From Verrucomicrobiia bacterium (GTDB lineage Bacteria > Verrucomicrobiota > Verrucomicrobiia > Limisphaerales > UBA1319), in the NCBI GenBank assembly GCA_963664225.1, contig OY760937.1, forward strand, positions 1,024,001-1,088,000: 64,000 nt of DNA, given 5' to 3'. Below the pieces are notes generated by a model. The model did not search any database and was not told the DNA's origin. It saw only the letters and a program-made list of their open reading frames with translations. This document shows positions 38,111-48,551 of the stretch, in pieces. The position numbers and the translations under genes were made by a program. Position 1 is the stretch's first letter, and the number at the start of each line of letters is the position of its first letter.

Positions 38111-39247
38111 ATGGAACCGGTCTTAAAACTTCTGCGGGAATTGGTTGCGCTGCCCAGCGTCAATCCGGCCTTTTTGCCGCCCGGAGACATCCATACTGGC
38201 GAGCGCCGGGTGGCGGATTTTCTTGCGGCCCAAGCGGGTGTGTTGGGTCTGGACGTCGATTTTCAGGAGGTTTTACCCGGCAGGTCCAATCTTTGGGTGC
38301 GGCTTGAACCGCAGGGGCCGGTGCGGCGCAGGGTGGTTCTGGCGGCGCACATGGATACAGTGGGTGGGCTGGAGATGCTGGGCTCGCTTTTCACACCCCG
38401 GATGGCCAAAGGGCGGCTGTATGGTCGCGGCGCCTGCGACACCAAGGGCAGCGTGGCGGCGTATTTCACCGCGCTGGCGCAGGTGGCGGGTGGTTCCCAT
38501 CGACCTCAAAACACCGAGATTCTCTTTATCGGACTCATTGATGAGGAGAATGACCAGGCCGGATCGCGCGCCGTGGTGAAGCGAAAACTGAAGGCGGACC
38601 TGGCCATCGTTGGCGAACCGACCTTGCTGAAAGTGGTGACCGCACATAAAGGGGACCTCTGGCTGCGGCTGGAAACCCAGGGTCGCGCAGCGCACGGCGC
38701 CACGCCCGAGTTGGGGCGCAACGCAGTCCACGAAATGGCGCGGATAGTGGATTTTCTGGAGACAGGCTATCGGAAACAGTTGGAACGGCGCAGCCATCCT
38801 TTGCTTGGTAAACCCACCGTCAATGTCGGCGGAATCAAGGGCGGTGTGCAGCCCAATGTGGTTCCCGCGCAATGCTCGGCTTGGGTGGATCGCCGCACCT
38901 TGCCCGGTGAGACGGAGCGGGGCATCATTCGGGAATTGCGTGACGCATTGAAAGGGCAGGGCTTGAAAGCGGAGATTGCCAGCACAAAGAACGGGCCCTG
39001 TCCGTCGTTGGAAACTGATTTTCAAAATCCATTGGTTCGTGATTTGTTCAAAGCTGCGGGCCAGACGAAGCCCGAAGGAGTGCGCTATTTTTGCGACGCC
39101 GCCATTCTGGCCGGGGGCGGCACGCCGAGCGTTGTTTTCGGGCCTGGGGATATTGCGCAGGCGCACACGTCCGACGAATGGATATCGATCGCTTCCCTCA
39201 ATAAATCCGTGCAAGTGTTGACGCGATTTCTGGAGTCCCAGCCATGA
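38111..39247 (+). CDS. M20 family metallopeptidase (ArgE/DapE-like deacylase)
   Basis: AHMDTV, GRLYGRGACDTKG, DEE, GEPT, AH..DE. Confidence 0.88.
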   Translation: MEPVLKLLRELVALPSVNPAFLPPGDIHTGERRVADFLAAQAGVLGLDVDFQEVLPGRSNLWVRLEPQGPVRRRVVLAAHMDTVGGLEMLGSLFTPRMAKGRLYGRGACDTKGSVAAYFTALAQVAGGSHRPQNTEILFIGLIDEENDQAGSRAVVKRKLKADLAIVGEPTLLKVVTAHKGDLWLRLETQGRAAHGATPELGRNAVHEMARIVDFLETGYRKQLERRSHPLLGKPTVNVGGIKGGVQPNVVPAQCSAWVDRRTLPGETERGIIRELRDALKGQGLKAEIASTKNGPCPSLETDFQNPLVRDLFKAAGQTKPEGVRYFCDAAILAGGGTPSVVFGPGDIAQAHTSDEWISIASLNKSVQVLTRFLESQP

Positions 39248-40197
39248 ACGCGCCTCTGCCGCTGGTCACCATCATCATTCCCACCAAACCGGATTTGCGG
39301 GAAATTCAGGCGGTTGGTGCCGCGCTGAAATTGGATTATCCCAAGGACCTGCTGGAGATCATTGTGGCGCGTGGAACACAGCCGGCGGTGCAGCGGAATA
39401 AGGCTTTGCGCGAGGCGCGTGGGGAACTCGTCTATTTCCTGGATGACGACAGCATTCCAGAGCCTGGCAATTTGCGACGGGTGACGAACTGGTTCGATCA
39501 GCCCGAGGTTCAAATTGTGGGGGGGCCCAATTTGTGCCCGCCGAATGCTCCCAAGTTGGAGCAAGCCTTTGGGTTGGTGATGGGTGCCTTGCTCGCGTTC
39601 GGACCCAGCCGCGCGCGTTATAGCCCTGTGGGAAAAGCGCGTCCGTCCAGCGAGAAGGAACTGATTTTGTGCAACATGATTGCCCGTCGTGAACCGCTAT
39701 TGAAGCTGGGCGGTTTTGATGAGGCGCTTTATCCCAACGAAGAAAACGCCTTGATGGACGAGCTCCAAAAGCAGGGCGGGCAGATGATCTACGACCCGGA
39801 ATTCCGGATTGAACGAAGGCCGCGCAAGACGCTCAAGGCGTTCATGAAAATGCTGATGACCTACGGACGCGGTCGCGCGGAACAGTTTCGCCTGCATCCG
39901 ACACCCGGTTCGGCGTTGAACCTGGTGCCGCCCCTGTTTTGCCTGTATTTGCCCATGGCCCTGATTTTTCGCGGATTGTGGCTGTGGCCGCTGGCGTTTT
40001 ACGCCCTGGCAGTTCTGGCCCAAACAGCGGCGTTGCGGACGCCCTCGGGCCGCAGGATGGCGCGTGTGGCGCCTTTGATTGTGCTCACTCATCTGCTCTA
40101 TGGCGCGGGATTTTGGAAGGGATTATTCACCCGGTTGACTCCGCCAACAGTGGAGCGAGCCAATGCGGTTACTTTGGAGCGCGTGCCTGTATTATGA
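39244..40197 (+). CDS. GT2 family glycosyltransferase with C-terminal TM helices
   Basis: VTIIIPT, RNKALREARGELVYFLDDD, GGFDE.L..NEE. Confidence 0.85.
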   Translation: MNAPLPLVTIIIPTKPDLREIQAVGAALKLDYPKDLLEIIVARGTQPAVQRNKALREARGELVYFLDDDSIPEPGNLRRVTNWFDQPEVQIVGGPNLCPPNAPKLEQAFGLVMGALLAFGPSRARYSPVGKARPSSEKELILCNMIARREPLLKLGGFDEALYPNEENALMDELQKQGGQMIYDPEFRIERRPRKTLKAFMKMLMTYGRGRAEQFRLHPTPGSALNLVPPLFCLYLPMALIFRGLWLWPLAFYALAVLAQTAALRTPSGRRMARVAPLIVLTHLLYGAGFWKGLFTRLTPPTVERANAVTLERVPVL

Positions 40198-41465
40198 GCG
40201 GAACGTCGAGCAAAGCCTCATTTTTCAAACAGGGCGGGTGGATGGTGGTGGCGACTGTCGGCGGCGGCGTTTTCATGTCAGCGGTGCATCCGTTGGTGTC
40301 GAAAATGCCGCCCGATGAATACGCAATATTCTACTCGCTGCTAAGGGTGTTTTTGCTGTTGGGGATTCCCGCGGGTGGCCTGCAAACCATCTTTGCGCAA
40401 CAGACGGCGGCGTCATTGGAGGACCGCCAGGCCCGTCAACTTACGGGAGCCACGCGCGCGGTGTTGCGCGCGTCATTCCTGATATGGCTGGTTCTGTCCT
40501 CGTTTATTCTGATGGCCAAAAGCAGCATTATGGACGCCTTGCAGATTACCCATTTCGCCGCCCTGGGTTTTACAGTCCTCCTTGGTCTGCCCTCGTTGTG
40601 GATGCCGGTGTTCAAGGGGTTGTTGCAGGGGCGGCAAAACTTTGCTGGCTTGGGATGGGTGTTGATGCTTGATGGCATGTGCCGCTTTGCCAGTATCGCC
40701 GTGCTGGTGGTCATTCTCCATGGGCAATCGGGCAGCGCCATGGCCGGGGCGTTTCTTGGACAGGTGGTTGCCATCATCGTGGGCTTGTGGCTGACGCGGG
40801 ATGTGTGGCGTGGTCCATGCGAACCTTGCGAATGGCGGCCCTGGTTTCGCAAGGTGATCCCTTTGACGTTGGGAACCGCCGCGTTGCTATTCATGTCCAA
40901 TGCGGATGTCCTGTTCGTTCAAAATGCCATTCGCAATGAAACGGCACTCTACAGCGCCGGTGCGATGATCGGATTTGCGCTGGCACAATTCATCCTTCCG
41001 CTGGCGACGGTCATGTTTCCCAAAATTGTCCACAGTGCCGCGCGCGCTGAAAAGTCGGATGCGCTGGCCATGACCTTGAAAAGCACGGCGTTGTTGGGAG
41101 GGTTGGCGGCACTGGCATCCACCTTGCTCCCCGAATTGCCGTTGCGGATTCTGTATTTTCGCAATCCGGCGTATTTTGTTACAGCGGCGCCATTGGTGCC
41201 GTGGTTTGCATGGGGGATATTGATTTTAAGCATGGCTTATGTGCTCGTGACCAACCTTCTGGCCCGGGAAAAGTTCGCGATTGTTCCCTGGCTGGTGGTG
41301 ATCGCCCTGGCCTATGGGGCGACCTTATATGGCGTTCGCGGATCGCTCGTTCACATGGAACCGCTGATCGCCTTCCGTCGGGTGATTCAGATTCTCTCGG
41401 TTTACAGTGCTGTGATTCTGCTGGTCTCGATGCGGTTCACATGGCCCCGAAAACAGGAGCCCTGA
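40194..41465 (+). CDS. Polysaccharide/oligosaccharide flippase (Wzx/MATE-like)
   Basis: About 12 TM helices; GLLQGRQNF, YSAGAMIG, VMFPKIV; ATGA overlap with the GT2 gene. Confidence 0.75.
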   Translation: MSGTSSKASFFKQGGWMVVATVGGGVFMSAVHPLVSKMPPDEYAIFYSLLRVFLLLGIPAGGLQTIFAQQTAASLEDRQARQLTGATRAVLRASFLIWLVLSSFILMAKSSIMDALQITHFAALGFTVLLGLPSLWMPVFKGLLQGRQNFAGLGWVLMLDGMCRFASIAVLVVILHGQSGSAMAGAFLGQVVAIIVGLWLTRDVWRGPCEPCEWRPWFRKVIPLTLGTAALLFMSNADVLFVQNAIRNETALYSAGAMIGFALAQFILPLATVMFPKIVHSAARAEKSDALAMTLKSTALLGGLAALASTLLPELPLRILYFRNPAYFVTAAPLVPWFAWGILILSMAYVLVTNLLAREKFAIVPWLVVIALAYGATLYGVRGSLVHMEPLIAFRRVIQILSVYSAVILLVSMRFTWPRKQEP

Positions 41466-42347
41466 TTACGAACGCCGACCCAGTTTGACGAATTGCTCCG
41501 GGGACACGCCGTAGTGCTTTTTGAACGCGCGTGAAAAATGATAAGGATCGTCGAATCCCAATTCGTTGGCCACTTCCTTGATGAGTTGGTTCGAATCGAT
41601 CAGCCGCTGGGCTGCGGCCCTCATGCGCAGACGCATCATGTGGTGATAGGGACTGGCATGGTTGAATCGCTGGAACAACCGGCACATGTAAGCCGCATTC
41701 ACATGGCACGCGCTGGCGAGATCCTGCGCAGTGTGAAGTTCAAGTCCGTGTTCCTCAAGATGCTTCAAACAGCGTTGGTAGGTGTAGTAGGCCCGTAATT
41801 CTGAAGAGCCGTAGGGCACTTGAATATCCGCGCAACGAATCAGCAGGCACTCCAGTTGCAGCGAGCACAGCCGCGGGGCGTGTTGGGACGCGCTGAGTCC
41901 CGCGGCAATCAGTTCGTTGAAATTCTCGATCAGGGCGCCTGTGGAGGCCGCCTGGCGAATGGTTCCCGGCGCCAGCCCATATTCCTTTAATAAACCTCCA
42001 GCCTTGCGCCCGTTGAAATCCACGAAATATTTGAGCAGACTCTGGCCGTCATCCGGTACGATGGAATGTTCCACCCCGGGGCCGTAAGTGAAGACCGCTC
42101 CCGGTTGAAGGGTGAATTTCTTTCCATCCAACACCAGCGCGCCATGACCGCCCGCCACATATTCGAGGCAAAAATAAGGAAAGTTCGTGCGATGAATCTT
42201 ATAGCGCGGGTCGGATTGTTCGCAACCGCCGCAGACGACCGCGAGATCCGTCGCGTGGCGCGGATTCAGATCGAGAAAAAAACGGCGCGCCTCCGAGACC
42301 TGGGTGGAGAAAAACTCCGGCTGGGCCAATGGTTCTGTTTTTTTCAT
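41466..42347 (-). CDS. AraC family transcriptional regulator
   Basis: Cupin N-terminus; IKEVANELGFDDPYHFSRAFKKHYGVSP. Confidence 0.92.
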   Translation of the reverse strand: MKKTEPLAQPEFFSTQVSEARRFFLDLNPRHATDLAVVCGGCEQSDPRYKIHRTNFPYFCLEYVAGGHGALVLDGKKFTLQPGAVFTYGPGVEHSIVPDDGQSLLKYFVDFNGRKAGGLLKEYGLAPGTIRQAASTGALIENFNELIAAGLSASQHAPRLCSLQLECLLIRCADIQVPYGSSELRAYYTYQRCLKHLEEHGLELHTAQDLASACHVNAAYMCRLFQRFNHASPYHHMMRLRMRAAAQRLIDSNQLIKEVANELGFDDPYHFSRAFKKHYGVSPEQFVKLGRRS

Positions 42348-42358
42348 GGATCAGCAAT

Positions 42359-42395
42359 GGTCAAAAATATCCATCATTCGGTCAACAATGACCAT
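42359..42395 (+). promoter_or_regulatory. Putative AraC-family operator: two direct repeats with a 21-bp period
   Basis: GGTCAAaAATatCCAT at 42359 and GGTCAAcAATgaCCAT at 42380 (13/16 identical), between the divergent araC and fucU-like genes. Confidence 0.55.
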
Positions 42396-42530
42396 GGTGG
42401 CTTGCCCGGTCCTTGGGCAATATGCTTCTTATAGATGGTTGACGCGCGTGGGGTATTCAACCCAAAATGTTGAAAATCGTCGGAAGCCGGATTTTTGAAC
42501 CGCACGGCGAAATTTGAAATACAAGCGATT

Positions 42531-42920
42531 ATGTTAAAGAATGGCATACTCAACCCGCAGATCAATGATCTGTTAAGCCGGGTGCGTCACACGAACCTGC
42601 TGGTGATCTCGGACCGGGGCTTTCCCTTCTGGCCGGAAATTGAAACCGTGGATGTTTCTGTCGTTGATGATCTGCCGACCGTCTTGCAGGTGCTCGCCGC
42701 TGTGCGTGGCAACTTCATCATTGGCAAGGCCTGGATGGCCCGGGAATTTCTACGTGAGAACAACGCCGCTACGCAAAAGGCTTTTGACATGGCGCTGGAG
42801 GGAATTCCCCGCGTGTTTGAGTCGCACGTTAAATTGAAGGAGCGCGTGCCTCTGGCCATTGGATTGATACGCACAGGGGACACCGTGCAATACGCAAACA
42901 TGGTTTTGGAATCCGCATAG
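42531..42920 (+). CDS. RbsD/FucU family sugar pyranase/mutarotase
   Basis: MLKNGILNPQI...H...VISD.GFP, IRTGDTVQYAN. Confidence 0.85.
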   Translation: MLKNGILNPQINDLLSRVRHTNLLVISDRGFPFWPEIETVDVSVVDDLPTVLQVLAAVRGNFIIGKAWMAREFLRENNAATQKAFDMALEGIPRVFESHVKLKERVPLAIGLIRTGDTVQYANMVLESA

Positions 42921-43041
42921 TTTGTAGTTTGGATTGGCGCGCGGCCGCCGTTGCGGTTGGGTGCCAGATTTTATTAATTGAATAATATCCATCTTTCACC
43001 AAAGGGTTGAAAGGTTTGGAAAAAAAGAAAAGAATCAGAAT

Positions 43042-44028
43042 ATGAAAGAACAGTTGACAGTGGTGGCTGGAGCCGGTGGCTTTATTGGAGGATCCCTGGT
43101 GGCCGATTTGCGCCGTAAAGGTTATCCCCGTATCCGTGCGGTGGACGTCAAGCCCCTCACCGAGTGGTATCAGAGGTTCGATGATGTGGAGAACATCGTT
43201 CTGGACCTCAATCTGCGCGAGAATTGCAATGAAGCCTGCCGTGGCGCTTATCAGGTGTTCAATCTGGCGGCGAACATGGGCGGCATGGGATTCATCGAGC
43301 GCAACAAGGCCTTGTGCATGTTGTCCGTGCTGATTAATACACACATGCTGCAGGCAGCCATTAAGTATGATGTTAAACGGTTTTTCTATGCCTCAAGCGC
43401 CTGTGTCTATAATGGTGACAAACAAAAGGTGGTGGATGCGCCCGCACTAAAGGAGGAGGACGCCTATCCCGCGCTGGCGGAGGACGGTTACGGTTGGGAA
43501 AAATTATTTTCCGAGCGCATGTGCCGCCATTTCCGCGAGGACTTCGGCCTCTACACCCGCGTTGCCCGTTTTCACAATGTCTATGGGCCTAATGGCACCT
43601 GGGATGGCGGACGTGAAAAAGCGCCTGCGGCCATCTGCCGGAAGGTGCTTGAGAGCAAGATGTCGGGCAATCATGACATCACCATTTGGGGCAAGGGCGA
43701 TCAAACTCGCTCTTTTATGTATATCGATGACTGCGTCAAGGGCATTCAGATGATCATGGACAGCAATATCCTCGAACCGATCAACCTTGGCAGCAGCGAA
43801 ATGGTGTCGATCAACCAATTGGTGGATCTGGTCGAGAGCATCGCGGGCATCAAGCTCAAGCGGCATTATGATCTGAGCGCGCCCAAGGGCGTCAATGGCC
43901 GCAACAGCGACAACACGATGATCCAGCAACTGTTGCATTGGGAGCCGAACATCAAGTTGCGCGACGGTTTGGAAAAGACCTACGCATGGATTCATGACGA
44001 AATGATCAACAAACGCCAAAGCAAGTAA
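43042..44028 (+). CDS. NAD-dependent epimerase, GDP-mannose 3,5-epimerase-like
   Basis: GAGGFIG, LAANMGGMGFI, YASSACVY, YGWEK, DGGREKAPAAICRK, GRNSDN. Confidence 0.8.
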   Translation: MKEQLTVVAGAGGFIGGSLVADLRRKGYPRIRAVDVKPLTEWYQRFDDVENIVLDLNLRENCNEACRGAYQVFNLAANMGGMGFIERNKALCMLSVLINTHMLQAAIKYDVKRFFYASSACVYNGDKQKVVDAPALKEEDAYPALAEDGYGWEKLFSERMCRHFREDFGLYTRVARFHNVYGPNGTWDGGREKAPAAICRKVLESKMSGNHDITIWGKGDQTRSFMYIDDCVKGIQMIMDSNILEPINLGSSEMVSINQLVDLVESIAGIKLKRHYDLSAPKGVNGRNSDNTMIQQLLHWEPNIKLRDGLEKTYAWIHDEMINKRQSK

Positions 44029-44146
44029 CAGGCTTCAACATTAATGATTGGAAACGCGGATGACGGCATCCGCGTTTCTTTTGGCTTGGATCGGCTCCGG
44101 CCATTCACTGTATCCGGTGCTCATCAACCTCCAATATTGACCCGAC

Positions 44147-47100
44147 ATGTTTCAACCGTGGGATTATTTGATTGTAACCGCTTCGAACGACAGCCAGGCG
44201 GCTGCGTACCGACGGCAGCTCGATTTGCGGCGTGAACTGGGGTTGCTCCCGGACATTGGGCAGGTTCTGGTGGTGGCGGATCTGGAGGGCAAGCGCATCG
44301 GAAGCGGTGGCAGCACGCTGCTCTGCCTGATGGAGGTTCTCTCTCGCGAAATCGATCGTGGCGGATTGGACGCGCGCGATTGGGAGACATTGCAGGCTGT
44401 GCTGGCGCAACGGCGGGTCTTGATCATTCACGCCGGGGGAGATAGTCGCCGGCTGCCTGCCTATGGGCCATGCGGCAAAATCTTTGTGCCCGTGCCGGGT
44501 GAGAGCGACAGCGCGTTGGGTTCCACATTGTTCGACCGGCAGTTGCCAATCTTCATGGGGTTGCCTGCATCGCTGCGAGGGCAGGGACAGGTGGTGGTGA
44601 CTTCTGGCGATGCCTTGATCCTGTTTGAAAGCGGTGAAATGCCGCCGGTTGCGCAGGGGATTACCGCGCTCGGTTGCCTGGCTTCCCCTGAGGCGGCTAG
44701 TAAACACGGCGTGTTTTGCGCCAATGAACAGGGCCAGGTTCGGGTTTATCTTCAGAAACCGAAAGTCGCGGAGCAAATCAGCAAGGGCGCGGTGAACCGT
44801 TTCGGCCAGAGTGTTCTGGACATTGGCGTGATGAGTTTTGACGCCGCATCTGCGGTGGCGCTGTTGAAGGCGTTTGAGGTGGAGCCACTGGCTGCGGCTG
44901 AAGCGGGAAAAAAAGACTCCATGCGTTTCGGTTGGTCCGCCCCGATGCGCGAACTCATTCTCAACTCCGGTTTGGATTGGTATCGGGAAATTTGCTGTGC
45001 GCTGGGATCTGAAGTGACCGTCGATCACCATCTGGCCAGTGTGCGCGACAGCGGTTCCAAGTGGCCGAAAGAAAAGCTGGCGGCTCTATTTAAACCTCTG
45101 GCCAGGCTGCCATTTCATTTGCGTCAAATTCCGCAGTGCCAATTCCTTCATTTTGGGACCACACGCCAGTTGATCAGCAGCGGACAGGACTTGACGCAAT
45201 TCGATCGCGGCGTCAGTCGGCCGGGCGATAATCTCCTCATCAATCACCATTGCGTGAATGGGGGCGTCATTACTGGCGGAAATTCATGGCTCGAGGCGTG
45301 TCGCGTCGCTGCGCCCTTGACTCTCGGTGGCGGCAATGTGCTGGTGGGTGTGGATGTCGATCAACCCTTGAGTCTTCCTGCCGGCGCCTGCGTGGATGTC
45401 ATTGCCGGGAAAAATAATCGTGGTGACGCCGTTCATTTCTGTCGTCTCTACCATTCGGCGGACACGTTCAAGGACACGACGGCCAAAGGTGGAACAATCG
45501 CCGGACGACCTCTCCTGGAGTGGCTGGCCATGGCGGGATTAACTCCCGCACAAGTCTGGGATGCCAGCATTCCCGAGAACCAGCGCAGCCTTTGGGATGC
45601 ACGGGTATTCCCGGCGCAATCTGGCAAGTCCGATTATCACCAATGGCTCTGGATGTTGGATCCAGCTCAGGCAACGCCAAATCAAAAACAGGCGCTTGCC
45701 GCCGCCGATCGCTACAGCGTGGCCGAAATGGCGCTTCTGGCGGATCAGGAGGCCTTTTATCAGCGTCGCTCACAGCATCGTGCTGAGGAAATTCGTCATG
45801 CGCTCAAGAGGCTTTTCCGGCGCGACAGCGGCTTTTCCGCACGGGAACTGGCCTTTGTGCTCGAGCATTCCGAAGACAGGGCGGCATGGCTGGCGGATTT
45901 ACTAGGCGACGCCCATTTTCAGATGAATGGGGGCGCCGGGGCGGGAATGGGAGTGTTCATTTGCTGCCGGATTCTCCATTCGATGGCCAGCGCCATCATG
46001 GTGATGGCGGAAACCCGCAGTGGCGAGCCGCGAGTTGTGGATGTCGTGCCCGGATTAACCGGCGCGATCACCCCGGCATTGGCAGAGTGGCTGGCTTCAC
46101 TGGGTTTGAAAATATCGGACACGATTCTGGCTTCAGAATGGACTAAAAAGGTGACCGATTGCGCTTTCGAACAAATCAGCCGCACCATTCTGATCAGTTC
46201 GCTGAGTCGGGTGGAGCATCCTCGCAATGCCTTGCGCGGCGGTGAGACCGTGTGGGGACGGGCCCCGGCAAGGCTCGAGTTGGGCGGCGGATGGACCGAT
46301 ACGCCTCCATACACTCTCGAATATGGCGGCAGCGTGATCAACACAGCCGTCAATCTCAACGGCCAGCCGCCGATCCATTGTTATGGACGGGTGATTCAGG
46401 AACCGGTCATTCGGCTTTTTTCCATCGAAGCCGGTCTGCACGTTCAGATCGATCAGTTGAAGGATTTGCTCGATTATCGCAATCCGCGCGACATTTTTGG
46501 CCTGGTCAAAGCCGCTCTGGCGATTTCCGGATTCTCCCCTGAAATGGCGGACTGGCCCGCCAACGTGACGTTACGCCAGATGTTGGAGGAGTTTGGGGGT
46601 GGCATTGAATTAACCACGTTGACCGGGATTCCCACCGGGTCGGGACTTGGCACTTCGAGCATTGTGGGAACGGTGCTGGTGGGTGTCATCAACCGGATGC
46701 TGGGTCGCCCGTTGAGTCAGCGCGAATTATTCCACAACGTGCTGCGCCTGGAACAGGCCCTGACGACCGGGGGCGGTTGGCAGGACCAGATCGGGGGCGG
46801 TGTCGGGGGAAGTAAATTAACAACGACGCTGGCCGGCTTATTCCCGGATCCCAATATTCATTACGTTCCGGACGATGTGATCGATCCACGGCTTAACGGC
46901 GGCTCCACGCTTCTTTATTATACCGGCATTACGCGTCTGGCGAAAAACATCCTGCGCCAGATTGTGGGCGATTATCTGGATCGCAACCGGGCAACGATGT
47001 CCTGCCTGGCGCAGGAGCATCAGGTGTCGCGCAATTTGATGGAGGCCATGTCGCGCAAGGACTCCGAAGCCTTTGGACGATATGTGGATGAGGCCTGGAG

Positions 47101-47350
47101 GTTGCAGAAGCAGTTGTGCAGTGAGGTTACCAATCCATCCATCGAACATTTGCTGGCGATGATTCGGCCCCATATTCACGGGGCGCGCATTCTTGGGGCG
47201 GGATCGGGCGGGTTCATGCTCATGATTTGCAAAACCCCGAAGGACGCTGCCGCAATTCGCGAAAAGCTCCTGCGCGAGCCTCTCAATGAACGCTCGCGTT
47301 TTTTTGACTTTGCAGTCAATGATAAGGGCTTGGAAGTGACAACTTGTTAA
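44147..47350 (+). CDS. fkp: Bifunctional L-fucokinase / GDP-L-fucose pyrophosphorylase-like protein
   Basis: RIGSGGST, HAGGDSRRLPAY, FLHFGT; GHMP kinase motifs APARLELGGGWTDTPPY, PTGSGLGTSS, GGGWQDQ, GAGSGGF. Confidence 0.8.
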   Translation: MFQPWDYLIVTASNDSQAAAYRRQLDLRRELGLLPDIGQVLVVADLEGKRIGSGGSTLLCLMEVLSREIDRGGLDARDWETLQAVLAQRRVLIIHAGGDSRRLPAYGPCGKIFVPVPGESDSALGSTLFDRQLPIFMGLPASLRGQGQVVVTSGDALILFESGEMPPVAQGITALGCLASPEAASKHGVFCANEQGQVRVYLQKPKVAEQISKGAVNRFGQSVLDIGVMSFDAASAVALLKAFEVEPLAAAEAGKKDSMRFGWSAPMRELILNSGLDWYREICCALGSEVTVDHHLASVRDSGSKWPKEKLAALFKPLARLPFHLRQIPQCQFLHFGTTRQLISSGQDLTQFDRGVSRPGDNLLINHHCVNGGVITGGNSWLEACRVAAPLTLGGGNVLVGVDVDQPLSLPAGACVDVIAGKNNRGDAVHFCRLYHSADTFKDTTAKGGTIAGRPLLEWLAMAGLTPAQVWDASIPENQRSLWDARVFPAQSGKSDYHQWLWMLDPAQATPNQKQALAAADRYSVAEMALLADQEAFYQRRSQHRAEEIRHALKRLFRRDSGFSARELAFVLEHSEDRAAWLADLLGDAHFQMNGGAGAGMGVFICCRILHSMASAIMVMAETRSGEPRVVDVVPGLTGAITPALAEWLASLGLKISDTILASEWTKKVTDCAFEQISRTILISSLSRVEHPRNALRGGETVWGRAPARLELGGGWTDTPPYTLEYGGSVINTAVNLNGQPPIHCYGRVIQEPVIRLFSIEAGLHVQIDQLKDLLDYRNPRDIFGLVKAALAISGFSPEMADWPANVTLRQMLEEFGGGIELTTLTGIPTGSGLGTSSIVGTVLVGVINRMLGRPLSQRELFHNVLRLEQALTTGGGWQDQIGGGVGGSKLTTTLAGLFPDPNIHYVPDDVIDPRLNGGSTLLYYTGITRLAKNILRQIVGDYLDRNRATMSCLAQEHQVSRNLMEAMSRKDSEAFGRYVDEAWRLQKQLCSEVTNPSIEHLLAMIRPHIHGARILGAGSGGFMLMICKTPKDAAAIREKLLREPLNERSRFFDFAVNDKGLEVTTC

Positions 47351-47353
47351 ACC

Positions 47354-48454
47354 ATGCGCCATGCACTGATAATTGCCGGTGGGTCGGGAACGCGCCTTTG
47401 GCCGATGAGTCGGGCGGGGCTCCCCAAACAACTGATTCCGTTCATTGGCGGGAAAAGCCTGCTCCAGATTTCGTTCGATCGCCTGGAGGGATTGACCTCG
47501 GCGGAGAATCGGCATGTTTGCGCCAATCAGGGACAGGAGGCGCTCATTCGTGCTGCGCTTCCCGCATTGGGCAGGGAGCAATTCCTGGGAGAACCAGTGG
47601 GGCGCGACACGCTCAACGCCGTGGGTTTTGCGGTGGCTGTGATCGCGCGCAAGGATCCTGAGGCAGTCATCGCAGTCGTCACAGCCGACCATTTGATCGA
47701 GCCAGTCGCCGAGTTTCAGGCGATTGTGAAAGCCGGTTTTGAGTTGGTCGAAAAACAGCCTCAAATTCTGGTCACCTTTGGCATTGAACCCACAGGACCC
47801 GCCACAGGCTACGGTTATCTGCAATTGGACGCTCCCATTGGCGATGGCACCAATGCGCGCCGTGTGAGCCAGTTTCGGGAGAAACCTGACGAGGCGACCG
47901 CGCTGGAATATTTCAAAGCCGGCCCGGACCAGTATTTGTGGAATAGCGGCATGTTCGTCTGGAAGGCGACGACGCTTCTGGATTGCATCCGTGGTTACGA
48001 ACCACAGGTTTTTGAAGGCTTGAATAAAATAGCGGAAGCTTGGGACACACCTCAGCGTATCTCAACTTTGGCTGCGGTTTATCCGAGGTTGCGCAAGATC
48101 AGTGTGGATTTTGCAGTAATGGAACCGGCGTCAAGGGATCCCAAGGTTGCGGTGGCGGCGATTTCCATGCCACTGCAATGGTTGGATGTGGGATCGTGGC
48201 CCAGTTTTGCGCAGACCTGTCCGCATGATGCGCAGGGCAACGCCATCGCCGCCCAAAAGCAACTACTTCAAAATACTTCGGGCAGCTTGATTGCATCGAG
48301 TGATCCCAATCATTTGATCGCCGTGATGGGCTGCCAGGATCTGATTGTGATTCATACGCCCAATGCCACCCTGATTTGCCATGCAAGCCAGGCCGAGCGC
48401 ATCAAGGAAATGCAGGCCAGGGCTGGCGCGCAGTTCGGAAGTCAGTATGTGTGA
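47354..48454 (+). CDS. manC: Mannose-1-phosphate guanylyltransferase
   Basis: IAGGSGTRLWPMSR..PKQ, EPVGRDT, TGYGY, FREKPD, WNSGMF, WLDVGSW. Confidence 0.9.
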   Translation: MRHALIIAGGSGTRLWPMSRAGLPKQLIPFIGGKSLLQISFDRLEGLTSAENRHVCANQGQEALIRAALPALGREQFLGEPVGRDTLNAVGFAVAVIARKDPEAVIAVVTADHLIEPVAEFQAIVKAGFELVEKQPQILVTFGIEPTGPATGYGYLQLDAPIGDGTNARRVSQFREKPDEATALEYFKAGPDQYLWNSGMFVWKATTLLDCIRGYEPQVFEGLNKIAEAWDTPQRISTLAAVYPRLRKISVDFAVMEPASRDPKVAVAAISMPLQWLDVGSWPSFAQTCPHDAQGNAIAAQKQLLQNTSGSLIASSDPNHLIAVMGCQDLIVIHTPNATLICHASQAERIKEMQARAGAQFGSQYV

Positions 48455-48551
48455 GTACCGGTTTGCAGGCTTTTGGGATTAAGTTGCGGAATTGGAGGCG
48501 AATTTGCTTCGCTTGGCGGAGTGAATCCCTTACAAAATCGCCCTAAGTATT

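Noticed and set aside
39939..40193. 85-aa N-terminal extension of the flippase ORF
   Set aside because: Overlaps the GT2 gene in another frame; the ATGA junction at 40194 is the more plausible start
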